Shown here: in pieces, positions 1 to 11,935 of the stretch
Layout of the letters: each line of letters starts with the position of its first letter
Position numbering within the stretch: position 1 is the stretch's first letter
DNA from: Auanema rhodensis
Taxonomy: Eukaryota; Animalia; Nematoda
Reading direction: 5' to 3'
Length of the DNA stretch: 64,000 nt
Assembly: GCA_964057225.1 (NCBI GenBank)
Contig: OZ059895.1
Location: 23,436,001-23,500,000, forward strand
Notes under the pieces: model-generated
What the model was told of the DNA's origin: nothing
Seen by the model: the letters and a program-made list of their open reading frames with translations, nothing else
The model's database searches: none
Translations under genes and position numbers: made by a program

Positions 1-61
1 TTTTTGCTAAATTATTTTGAAATTTTTCGAAAAAATTTTTGTCAAAATGTTTTTAGAAGCA

Positions 62-89
62 ATGTTGAGTGTACATGGAAACTCAACAT
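62..89. other. Perfect 9-bp inverted repeat with 10-nt spacer (dyad D2), repeated in every monomer
   Basis: ATGTTGAGT (62-70) / ACTCAACAT (81-89) are exact reverse complements; spacer GTACATGGAA. Confidence 0.93.
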
Positions 90-172
90 ACACTAATGCA
101 TCATTTTTCAAACGATCATAACTAATTTTTGTATTAAGCGTTTCTCAATGTAGTATAGTGCATTCGATGCGG

Positions 173-223
173 ATTTTTAAGCTGCAATGATCTGTGTTAT
201 CAGATTTGCGCTAGCTTAAAAAT
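173..223. other. Imperfect ~51-bp hairpin/cruciform-capable inverted repeat (dyad D3), repeated in every monomer
   Basis: ATTTTTAAGCT (173-183) / AGCTTAAAAAT (213-223) is a perfect 11-bp pair. Inner ATCTG (190-194) / CAGAT (201-205) closes a TGTTAT loop. In the consensus, GCG/CGC adds pairing between the two stems. Confidence 0.92.
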
Positions 224-240
224 GCACCGAGATATCAACT

Positions 241-262
241 GATATAAGTTCACACTTATATC
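241..262. other. 9-bp inverted repeat with 4-nt loop (dyad D4), polymorphic among monomers
   Basis: GATATAAGT (241-249) TCAC ACTTATATC (254-262), flanked by CGAG (228-231) / CTCG (263-266). Common variants pos247 A>T and pos259 T>G break the stem. Confidence 0.9.
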
Positions 263-336
263 CTCGATTTTCACCCTGAAGAATTAATTTTTTCGTTGAA
301 TAACAATGTCCATCGTCTTTGCCTTGAAAAAAGAAA

Positions 337-408
337 TCTAAAAACATCTACTTTTTGCTAAATTATTTTGAAATTTTTCGAAAAAATTTTTGTCAAAATG
401 TTTTTGGA
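337..408. other. Degenerate ~72-bp palindrome over the A/T-tract cluster (dyad D1), spanning the arbitrary monomer boundary
   Basis: TCTAAAAACAT (337-347) pairs with ATGTTTTT(G/A)GA (pos 47-57 of the next monomer, 398-408). Internally TTTTG..AAATT.TTTT.GAAA mirrors TTTC.AAAAAATTT..CAAAA, and the region includes the perfect 12-mer TTTTTCGAAAAA. Confidence 0.8.
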
Positions 409-1755
409 AGCAATGTTGAGTGTACATGGAAACTCAACATACACTAATGCATCATTTTTCAAACGATCATAACTAATTTTTGTATTAAGCGTTTCTCAAT
501 GTAGTATAGTGCATTCGATGCAGATTTTTAAGCTGCGTCGATCTGTGTTATCAGATTTGCGCTAGCTTAAAAATGCACCGAGATATCAACTGATATATGT
601 TCACACTTATATCCTCGATTTTCACCCTGAAGAATTAATTTTTTCGTTGAATAACAATGTCCATCGTCTTTGCCTTGAAAAAAGAAATCTAAAAACATCT
701 ACTTTTTGCTAAATTATTTTGAAATTTTTCGAAAAAATTTTTGTCAAAATGTTTTTGGAAGCAATGTTGAGTGTACATGGAAACTCAACATACACTAATG
801 CATCATTTTTCAAACGATCATAACTAATTTTTGTATTAAGCGTTTCTCAATGTAGTATAGTGCATTCGATGCGGATTTTTAAGCTGCGTCGATCTGTGTT
901 ATCAGATTTGCGCTAGCTTAAAAATGCACCGAGATATCAACTGATATATGTTCACACTTATATCCTCGATTTTCACCCTGAAGAATTAATTTTTTCGTTG
1001 AATAACAATGTCCATCGTCTTTGCCTTGAAAAAAGAAATCTAAAAACATCTACTTTTTGCTAAATTATTTTGAAATTTTTCGAAAAAATTTTTGTCAAAA
1101 TGTTTTTGGAAGCAATGTTGAGTGTACATGGAAACTCAACATACACTAATGCATCATTTTTCAAACGATCATAACTAATTTTTGTATTAAGCGTTTCTCA
1201 ATGTAGTATAGTGCATTCGATGCGGATTTTTAAGCTGCGTCGATCTGTGTTATCAGATTTGCGCTAGCTTAAAAATGCACCGAGATATCAACTGATATAA
1301 GTTCACACTTATATCCTCGATTTTCACCCTGAAGAAATAATTTTTTCGTTGAATAACAATGTCCATCGTCTTTGCCTTAAAAAAACAAATCTAAAAACAT
1401 CTACTTTTTGCTAAATTATTTTGAAATTTTTCGAAAAAATTTTTGTCAAAATGTTTTTGGAAGCAATGTTGAGTGTACATGGAAACTCAACATACACTAA
1501 TGCATCATTTTTCAAACGATCATAACTAATTTTTGTATTAAGCGTTTCTCAATGTAGTATAGTGCATTCGATGCGGATTTTTAAGCTGCGTCGATCTGTG
1601 TTATCAGATTTGCGCTAGCTTAAAAATGCACCGAGATATCAACTGATATAAGTTCACACTTATATCCTCGATTTTCACCCTGAAGAATTAATTTTTTCGT
1701 TGAATAACAATGTTCATCGTCTTTGCCTTGAGAAAAGGAATCTAAAAACATCTAC

Positions 1756-4700
1756 TTTTTGCTAAATTATTTTGAAATTTTTCGAAAAAATTTTTGTCAA
1801 AATGTTTTTGGAAGCAATGTTGAGTGTACATGGAAACTCAACATACACTAATGCATCATTTTTCAAACGATCATAACTAATTTTTGTATTAAGCGTTTCT
1901 CAATGTAGTATAGTGCATTCGATGCGGATTTTTAAGCTGCGTCGATCTGTGTTATCAGATTTGCGCTAGCTTAAAAATGCACCGAGATATCAACTGATAT
2001 AAGTTCACACTTATATCCTCGATTTTCACCCTGAAGAATTAATTTTTTCGTTGAATAACATCGTCCATCGTCTTTGCCTTAAAAAAAGGAATCTAAAAAC
2101 ATCTACTTTTTGCTAAATTATCTTGAAATTTTTTGAAAAAATTTTTGTCAAAATGTTTTTGGAAGCAATGTTGAGTGTACATGGAAACTCAACATACACT
2201 AATGCATCATTTTTCAAACGATCATAACTAATTTTTGTATTGAGCGTTTCTCAATGTAGTATAGTGCATTCGATGCGGATTTTTAAGCTGCGTCGATCTG
2301 TTTTATCAGATTTGCGCTAGCTTAAAAATGCACCGAGATATCAACTGATATAAGTTCACACTTATATCCTCGATTTTCACCCTGAAGAATTAATTTTTTC
2401 GTTGAATAACAATGTCCATCGTCTTTGCCTTGAAAAAACAAATCTAAAAACATCTACTTTTTGCTAAATTATTTTGAAATTTTTCGAAAAAATTTTTGTC
2501 AAAATGTTTTTGGAAGCAATGTTGAGTGTACAGGGAAACTCAACATACACTAATGCATCATTTTTCAAACGATCATAACTAATTTTTGTATTAAGCGTTT
2601 CTCAATGTAGTATAGTGCATTCGATGCGGATTTTTAAGCTGCGTCGATCTGTTTTATCAGATTTGCGCTAGCTTAAAAATGCACCGAGATATCAACTGAT
2701 ATAAGTTCACACTTATATCCTCGATTTTCACCCTGAAGAATTAATTTTTTCGTTGAATAACAATGTCCATCGTCTTTGCCTTGAAAAAAGGAATCTAAAA
2801 ACATCTACTTTTTGCTAAATTATTTTGAAATTTTTCGAAAAAATTTTTGTCAAAATGTTTTTGGAAGCAATGTTGAGTGTACATGGAAACTCAACATACA
2901 CTAATGCATCATTTTTCAAACGATCATAACTAATTTTCGTATTAAGCGTTTCTCAATGTAGTATAGTGCATTCGATGCGAATTTTTAAGCTGCGTCGATC
3001 TGTGTTATCAGATTTGCGCTAGCTTAAAAATGCACCGAGATATCAACTGATATATGTTCACACTTATATCCTCGATTTTCACCCTGAAGAATTAATTTTT
3101 TCGTTGAATAACAATGTCCATCGTCTTTGCCTTGAAAAAAGGAATCTAAAAACATCTACTTTTTGCTAAATTATTTTGAAATTTTTCGAAAAAATTTTTG
3201 TCAAAATGTTTTTGGAAGCAATGTTGAGTGTACATGGAAACTCAACATACACTAATGCATCATTTTTCAAACGATCATAACTAATTTTTGTATTAAGCGT
3301 TTCTCAATGTAGTATAGTGCATTCGATGCGGATTTTTAAGCTGCAATGATCTGTGTTATCAGATTTGCGCTAGCTTAAAAATGCACCGAGATATCAACTG
3401 ATATATGTTCACACTTATATCCTCGATTTTCACCCTGAAGAATTAATTTTTTCGTTGAATAACAATGTTCATCGTCTTTGCCTTGAAAAAAGGAATCTAA
3501 AAACATCTACTTTTTGCTAAATTATTTTGAAATTTTTCGAAAAAACTTTTGTCAAAATGTTTTTGGAAGCAATGTTGAGTGTACATGGAAACTCAACATA
3601 CACTAATGCATCATTTTTCAAACGATCATAACTAATTTTTGTATTAAGCGTTTCTCAATGTAGTATAGTGCATTCGATGCAGATTTTTAAGCTGCGTCGA
3701 TCTGTGTTATCAGATTTGCGCTAGCTTAAAAATGCACCGAGATATCAACTGATATAAGTTCACACTTATATCCTCGATTTTCACCCTGAAGAATTAATTT
3801 TTTCGTTGAATAACAATGTTCATCGTCTTTGCCTTGAAAAAAGGAATCTAAAAACATCTACTTTTTGCTAAATTATTCTGAAATTTTTCGAAAAAATTTT
3901 TGTCAAAATGTTTTTGGAAGCAATGTTGAGTGTACATGGAAACTCAACATACACTAATGCATCATTTTTCAAACGATCATAACTAATTTTTGTATTAAGC
4001 GTTTCTCAATGTAGTATAGTGCATTCGATGCGGATTTTTAAGCTGCGTCGATCTGTGTTATCAGATTTGCGCTAGCTTAAAAATGCACCGAGATATCAAC
4101 TGATATAAGTTCACACTTATATCCTCGATTTTCACCCTGAAGAATTAATTTTTTCGTTGAATAACATCGTCCATCGTCTTTGCCTTAAAAAAAGGAATCT
4201 AAAAACATCTACTTTTTGCTAAATTATCTTGAAATTTTTTGAAAAAATTTTTGTCAAAATGTTTTTGGAAGCAATGTTGAGTGTACATGGAAACTCAACA
4301 TACACTAATGCATCATTTTTCAAACGATCATAACTAATTTTTGTATTGAGCGTTTCTCAATGTAGTATAGTGCATTCGATGCGGATTTTTAAGCTGCGTC
4401 GATCTGTTTTATCAGATTTGCGCTAGCTTAAAAATGCACCGAGATATCAACTGATATAAGTTCACACTTATATCCTCGATTTTCACCCTGAAGAATTAAT
4501 TTTTTCGTTGAATAACAATGTCCATCGTCTTTGCCTTGAAAAAACAAATCTAAAAACATCTACTTTTTGCTAAATTATTTTGAAATTTTTCGAAAAAATT
4601 TTTGTCAAAATGTTTTTGGAAGCAATGTTGAGTGTACATGGAAACTCAACATACACTAATGCATCATTTTTCAAACGATCATAACTAATTTTTGTATTAA

Positions 4701-4914
4701 GCGTTTCTCAATGTAGTATAGTGCATTCGATGCGGATTTTTAAGCTGCGTCGATCTGTTTTATCAGATTTGCGCTAGCTTAAAAATGCACCGAGATATCA
4801 ACTGATATAAGTTCACACTTATATCCTCGATTTTCACCCTGAAGAATTAGTTTTTTCGTTGAATAACAATGTCCATCGTCTTTGCCTTGAAAAAAGAAAT
4901 CTAAAAACATCTAC
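1756..4914. repeat. Variant block M6-M8 repeated as M12-M14 (6-monomer offset, 2106 bp)
   Basis: AACATCGTCC + CCTTAAAA at 2061 and 4167, each followed by a monomer with ATCTTG / TTTTGAA / TTGAGCG / TGTTTT / AAAAAACAAA and then a TGTTTT monomer. Confidence 0.85.
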
Positions 4915-5265
4915 TTTTTGCTAAATTATTTTGAAATTTTTCGAAAAAATTTTTGTCAAAATGTTTTTGGAAGCAATGTTGAGTGTACATGGAAACTCAA
5001 CATACACTAATGCATCATTTTTCAAACGATCATAACTAATTTTTGTATTAAGCGTTTCTCAATGTAGTATAGTGCATTCGATGCGGATTTTTAAGCTGCG
5101 TCGTTCTGTGTTATCAGATTTGCGCTAGCTTAAAAATGCACCGAGATATCAACTGATATAAGTTCACACTTATATCCTCGATTTTCACCCTGAAGAATTA
5201 ATTTTTTCGTTGAATAACAATGTTCATCGTCTTTGCCTTGAAAAAAGGAATCTAAAAACATCTAC

Positions 5266-8200
5266 TTTTTGCTAAATTATTTTGAAATTTTTCGAAAAAA
5301 TTTTTGTCAAAATGTTTTTAGAAGTAATGTTGAGTGTACATGGAAACTCAACATACACTAATGCATCATTTTTCAAACGATCATAACTAATTTTTGTATT
5401 AAGCGTTTCTCAATGTAGTATAGTGCATTCGATGCGGATTTTTAAGCTGCAATGATCTGTGTTATCAGATTTGCGCTAGCTTAAAAATGCACCGAGATAT
5501 CAACTGATATAAGTTCACACTTATATCCTCGATTTTCACCCTGAAGAATTAATTTTTTCGTTGAATAACAATGTCCATCGTCTTTGCCTTGAAAAAAGAA
5601 ATCTAAAAACATCTACTTTTTGCTAAATTATTTTGAAATTTTTCGAAAAAATTTTTGTCAAAATGTTTTTGGAAGCAATGTTGAGTGTACATGGAAACTC
5701 AACATACACTAATGCATCATTTTTCAAACGATCATAACTAATTTTTGTATCAAGCGTTTCTCAATGTAGTATAGTGCATTCGATGCGGATTTTTAAGCTG
5801 CGTCGATCTGTGTTATCAGATTTGCGCTAGCTTAAAAATGCACCGAGATATCAACTGATATAAGTTCACACTTATATCCTCGATTTTCACCCTGAAGAAT
5901 TAATTTTTTCGTTGAATAACAATGTCCATCGTCTTTGCCTTGAAAAAAGAAATCTAAAAACATCTACTTTTTGCTAAATTATTTTGAAATTTTTCGAAAA
6001 AATTTTTGTCAAAATGTTTTTAGAAGCAATGTTGAGTGTACATGGAAACTCAACATACACTAATGCATCATTTTTCAAACGATCATAACTAATTTTTGTA
6101 TTAAGCGTTTCTCAATGTAGTATAGTGCATTCGATGCGGATTTTTAAGCTGCAATGATCTGTGTTATCAGATTTGCGCTAGCTTAAAAATGCACCGAGAT
6201 ATCAACTGATATAAGTTCACACTTATATCCTCGATTTTCACCCTGAAGAATTAATTTTTTCGTTGAATAACAATGTCCATCGTCTTTGCCTTGAAAAAAG
6301 AAATCTAAAAACATCTACTTTTTGCTAAATTATTTTGAAATTTTTCGAAAAAATTTTTGTCAAAATGTTTTTGGAAGCAATGTTGAGTGTACATGGAAAC
6401 TCAACATACACTAATGCATCATTTTTCAAACGATCATAACTAATTTTTGTATTAAGCGTTTCTCAATGTAGTATAGTGCTTTCGATGCAGATTTTTAAGC
6501 TGCGTCGATCTGTGTTATCAGATTTGCGCTAACTTAAAAATGCACCGAGATATCAACTGATATATGTTCACACTTATATCCTCGATTTTCACCCTGAAGA
6601 ATTAATTTTTTCGTTGAATAACAATGTCCATCGTCTTTGCCTTGAAAAAAGGAATCTAAAAACATCTACTTTTTGCTAAATTATTTTGAAATTTTTCGAA
6701 AAAATTTTTGTCAAAATGTTTTTGGAAGCAATGTTGAGTGTACATGGAAACTCAACATACACTAATGCATCATTTTTCAAACGATCATAACTAATTTTTG
6801 TATTAAGCGTTTCTCAATGTAGTATAGTGCATTCGATGCGGATTTTTAAGCTGCGTCGATCTGTGTTATCAGATTTGCGCTAGCTTAAAAATGCACCGAG
6901 ATATCAACTGATATAAGTTCACACTTATATCCTCGATTTTCACCCTGAAGAATTAATTTTTTCGTTGAATAACAATGTTCATCGTCTTTGCCTTGAAAAA
7001 AGGAATCTAAAAACATCTACTTTTTGCTAAATTATTTTGAAATTTTTCGAAAAAATTTTTGTCAAAATGTTTTTAGAAGTAATGTTGAGTGTACATGGAA
7101 ACTCAACATACACTAATGCATCATTTTTCAAACGATCATAACTAATTTTTGTATTAAGCGTTTCTCAATGTAGTATAGTGCATTCGATGCGGATTTTTAA
7201 GCTGCAATGATCTGTGTTATCAGATTTGCGCTAGCTTAAAAATGCACCGAGATATCAACTGATATAAGTTCACACTTATATCCTCGATTTTCACCCTGAA
7301 GAATTAATTTTTTCGTTGAATAACAATGTCCATCGTCTTTGCCTTGAAAAAAGAAATCTAAAAACATCTACTTTTTGCTAAATTATTTTGAAATTTTTCG
7401 AAAAAATTTTTGTCAAAATGTTTTTGGAAGCAATGTTGAGTGTACATGGAAACTCAACATACACTAATGCATCATTTTTCAAACGATCATAACTAATTTT
7501 TGTATTAAGCGTTTCTCAATGTAGTATAGTGCATTCGATGCGGATTTTTAAGCTGCGTCGATCTGTGTTATCAGATTTGCGCTAGCTTAAAAATGCACCG
7601 AGATATCAACTGATATAAGTTCACACTTATATCCTCGATTTTCACCCTGAAGAATTAATTTTTTCGTTGAATAACAATGTCCATCGTCTTTGCCTTGAAA
7701 AAAGAAATCTAAAAACATCTACTTTTTGCTAAATTATTTTGAAATTTTTCGAAAAAATTTTTGTCAAAATGTTTTTAGAAGCAATGTTGAGTGTACATGG
7801 AAACTCAACATACACTAATGCATCATTTTTCAAACGATCATAACTAATTTTTGTATTAAGCGTTTCTCAATGTAGTATAGTGCATTCGATGCGGATTTTT
7901 AAGCTGCAATGATCTGTGTTATCAGATTTGCGCTAGCTTAAAAATGCACCGAGATATCAACTGATATAAGTTCACACTTATATCCTCGATTTTCACCCTG
8001 AAGAATTAATTTTTTCGTTGAATAACAATGTCCATCGTCTTTGCCTTGAAAAAAGAAATCTAAAAACATCTACTTTTTGCTAAATTATTTTGAAATTTTT
8101 CGAAAAAATTTTTGTCAAAATGTTTTTGGAAGCAATGTTGAGTGTACATGGAAACTCAACATACACTAATGCATCATTTTTCAAACGATCATAACTAATT

Positions 8201-8775
8201 TTTGTATTAAGCGTTTCTCAATGTAGTATAGTGCTTTCGATGCAGATTTTTAAGCTGCGTCGATCTGTGTTATCAGATTTGCGCTAGCTTAAAAATGCAC
8301 CGAGATATCAACTGATATATGTTCACACTTATATCCTCGATTTTCACCCTGAAGAATTAATTTTTTCGTTGAATAACAATGTCCATCGTCTTTGCCTTGA
8401 AAAAAGGAATCTAAAAACATCTACTTTTTGCTAAATTATTTTGAAATTTTTCGAAAAAATTTTTGTCAAAATGTTTTTGGAAGCAATGTTGAGTGTACAT
8501 GGAAACTCAACATACACTAATGCATCATTTTTCAAACGATCATAACTAATTTTTGTATTAAGCGTTTCTCAATGTAGTATAGTGCATTCGATGCGGATTT
8601 TTAAGCTGCGTCGATCTGTGTTATCAGATTTGCGCTAGCTTAAAAATGCACCGAGATATCAACTGATATAAGTTCACACTTATATCCTCGATTTTCACCC
8701 TGAAGAATTAATTTTTTCGTTGAATAACAATGTTCATCGTCTTTGCCTTGAAAAAAGGAATCTAAAAACATCTAC
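5266..8775. repeat. Tandem 5-monomer duplication (M16-20 / M21-25, 1755-bp unit)
   Basis: Private variants GAAGTAATG at 5325 and 7080 and GTGCTTTCG at 6480 and 8235, both offset by exactly 1755; intervening monomer types in the same order. Confidence 0.92.
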
Positions 8776-11700
8776 TTTTTGCTAAATTATTTTGAAATTT
8801 TTCGAAAAAATTTTTGTCAAAATGTTTTTGGAAGCAATGTTGAGTGTACATGGAAACTCAACATACACTAATGCATCATTTTTCAAACGATCATAACTAA
8901 TTTTTGTATTAAGCGTTTCTCAATGTAGTATAGTGCATTCGATGCGGATTTTTAAGCTGCGTCGATCTGTGTTATCAGATTTGCGCTAGCTTAAAAATGC
9001 ACCGAGATATCAACTGATATAAGTTCACACTTATATCCTCGATTTTCACCCTGAAGAATTAATTTTTTCGTTGAATAACAATGTCCATCGTCTTTGCCTT
9101 GAAAAAAGAAATCTAAAAACATCTACTTTTTGCTAAATTATTTTGAAATTTTTCGAAAAAATTTTTGTCAAAATGTTTTTGGAAGCAATGTTGAGTGTAC
9201 ATGGAAACTCAACATACACTAATGCATCATTTTTCAAACGATCATAACTAATTTTTGTATTAAGCGTTTCTCAATGTAGTATAGTGCATTCGATGCGGAT
9301 TTTTAAGCTGCGTCGATCTGTGTTATCAGATTTGCGCTAGCTTAAAAATGCACCGAGATATCAACTGATATAAGTTCACACTTATATCCTCGATTTTCAC
9401 CCTGAAGAATTAATTTTTTCGTTGAATAACAATGTTCATCGTCTTTGCCTTGAAAAAAGGAATCTAAAAACATCTACTTTTTGCTAAATTATTTTGAAAT
9501 TTTTCGAAAAAATTTTTGTCAAAATGTTTTTGGAAGCAATGTTGAGTGTACATGGAAACTCAACATACACTAATGCATCATTTTTCAAACGATCATAACT
9601 AATTTTTGTATTAAGCGTTTCTCCATGTAGTATAGTGCATTCGATGCGGATTTTTAAGCTGCGTCGATCTGTGTTATCAGATTTGCGCTAGCTTAAAAAT
9701 GCACCGAGATATCAACTGATATAAGTTCACACTTATATCCTCGATTTTCACCCTGAAGAATTAATTTTTTCGTTGAATAACAATGTCCATCGTCTTTGCC
9801 TTGAAAAAAGAAATCTAAAAACATCTAATTTTTTTCTAAATTATTTTGAAATTTTTCGAAAAAATTTTTGTCAAAATGTTTTTGGAAGCAATGTTGAGTG
9901 TACATGGAAACTCAACATACACTAATGCATCATTTTTCAAACGATCATAACTAATTTTTGTATTAAGCGTTTCTCAATGTAGTATAGTGCATTCGATGCG
10001 GATTTTTAAGCTGCGTCGATCTGTGTTATCAGATTTGCGCTAGCTTAAAAATGCACCGAGATATCAACTGATATAAGTTCACACTTATATCCTCGATTTT
10101 CACCCTGAAGAATTAATTTTTTCGTTGAATAACAATGTTCATCGTCTTTGCCTTGAAAAAAGGAATCTAAAAACATCTACTTTTTGCTAAATTATTTTGA
10201 AATTTTTCGAAAAAATTTTTGTCAAAATGTTTTTGGAAGCAATGTTGAGTGTACATGGAAACTCAACATACACTAATGCATCATTTTTCAAACGATCATA
10301 ACTAATTTTTGTATTAAGCGTTTCTCAATGTAGTATAGTGCATTCGATGCGGATTTTTAAGCTGCGTCGATCTGTGTTATCAGATTTGCGCTAGCTTAAA
10401 AATGCACCGAGATATCAACTGATATATGTTCACACTTATATCCTCGATTTTCACCCTGAAGAATTAATTTTTTCGTTGAATAACAATGTCCATCGTCTTT
10501 GCCTTGAAAAAAGGAATCTAAAAACATCTACTTTTTGCTAAATTATTTTGAAATTTTTCGAAAAAATTTTTGTCAAAATGTTTTTGGAAGCAATGTTGAG
10601 TGTACATGGAAACTCAACATACACTAATGCATCATTTTTCAAACGATCATAACTAATTTTTGTATTAAGCGTTTCTCAATGTAGTATAGTGCATTCGATG
10701 CGGATTTTTAAGCTGCGTCGATCTGTGTTATCAGATTTGCGCTAGCTTAAAAATGCACCGAGATATCAACTGATATATGTTCACACTTATATCCTCGATT
10801 TTCACCCTGAAGAATTAATTTTTTCGTTGAATAACAATGTCCATCGTCTTTGCCTTGAAAAAAGGAATCTAAAAACATCTACTTTTTGCTAAATTATTTT
10901 GAAATTTTTCGAAAAAATTTTTGTCAAAATGTTTTTGGAAGCAATGTTGAGTGTACATGGAAACTCAACATACACTAATGCATCATTTTTCAAACGATCA
11001 TAACTAATTTTTGTATTAAGCGTTTCTCAATGTAGTATAGTGCATTCGATGCGGATTTTTAAGCTGCGTCGATCTGTGTTATCAGATTTGCGCTAGCTTA
11101 AAAATGCACCGAGATATCAACTGATATAAGTTCACACTTATATCCTCGATTTTCACCCTGAAGAATTAATTTTTTCGTTGAATAACAATGTCCATCGTCT
11201 TTGCCTTGAAAAAAGAAATCTAAAAACATCTACTTTTTGCTAAATTATTTTGAAATTTTTCGAAAAAATTTTTGTCAAAATGTTTTTGGAAGCAATGTTG
11301 AGTGTACATGGAAACTCAACATACACTAATGCATCATTTTTCAAACGATCATAACTAATTTTTGTATTAAGCGTTTCTCAATGTAGTATAATGCATTCGA
11401 TGCGGATTTTTAAGCTGCAATGATCTGTGTTATCAGATTTGCGCTAGCTTAAAAATGCACCGAGATATCAACTGATATATGTTCACACTTATCTCCTCGA
11501 TTTTCACCCTGAAGAATTAATTTTTTCGTTGAATAACAATGTCCATCGTCTTTGCCTTGAAAAAAAGAATCTAAAAACATCTACTTTTTGCTAAATTATT
11601 TTGAAATTTTTCGAAAAAATTTTTGTCAAAATGTTTTTGGAAGCAATGTTGAGTGTACATGGAAACTCAACATACACTAATGCATCATTTTTCAAACGAT

Positions 11701-11935
11701 CATAACTAATTTTTGTATTAAGCGTTTCTCAATGTAGTATAGTGCATTCGATGCGGATTTTTAAGCTGCGTCGATCTGTGTTATCAGATTTGCGCTAGCT
11801 TAAAAATGCACCGAGATATCAACTGATATATGTTCACACTTATATCCTCGATTTTCACCCTGAAGAATTAATTTTTTCGTTGAATAACAATGTCCATCGT
11901 CTTTGCCTTGAAAAAAGGAATCTAAAAACATCTAC

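Larger units (their letters stand above)
1..351. repeat. Representative monomer M1 (351 bp, consensus ~31% GC)
   Basis: About 109 G+C in 351 nt for the consensus (hand count). Single BstBI (26-31), BsrGI (70-75), NsiI (96-101), NheI (210-215) and EcoRV (231-236) sites per consensus monomer predict a 351-bp restriction ladder. Confidence 0.97.

Noticed and set aside
173-262. Hairpins as rho-independent terminators or bacterial promoter elements
   Set aside because: There are no genes to regulate, the stems are AT-rich without a proper U-tail context, and the setting is a eukaryote-type satellite array.
291-307. CENP-B box-like motif TTTCGTTGAATAACAAT
   Set aside because: It matches TTCG and the central A but lacks the essential CGGG half (5 of 9 core bases), and the CpG is frequently mutated to TG.
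276-335. Hammerhead ribozyme core (CTGAAGA at 276-282 matches CUGANGA, with GAAA downstream), as known from some transcribed satellites
   Set aside because: I could not form stems I, II or III around the core: there is no complement to TTTTCACC and no stem II closing onto a GAAA. The minus strand lacks CUGANGA. An Infernal/Rfam search would settle it.
1-351. Monomer as a diverged dimer of ~175-bp subunits
   Set aside because: No convincing alignment between the two halves is visible by eye.
1-351. Assignment to a named satellite (e.g. Drosophila 359-bp/1.688, Tribolium or Pimelia ~350-360-bp families), or to rDNA spacer, 5S or tRNA arrays
   Set aside because: Only length and AT content are similar. 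I recognise no diagnostic sequence and no 5S, tRNA or snRNA motifs; a database search is required.
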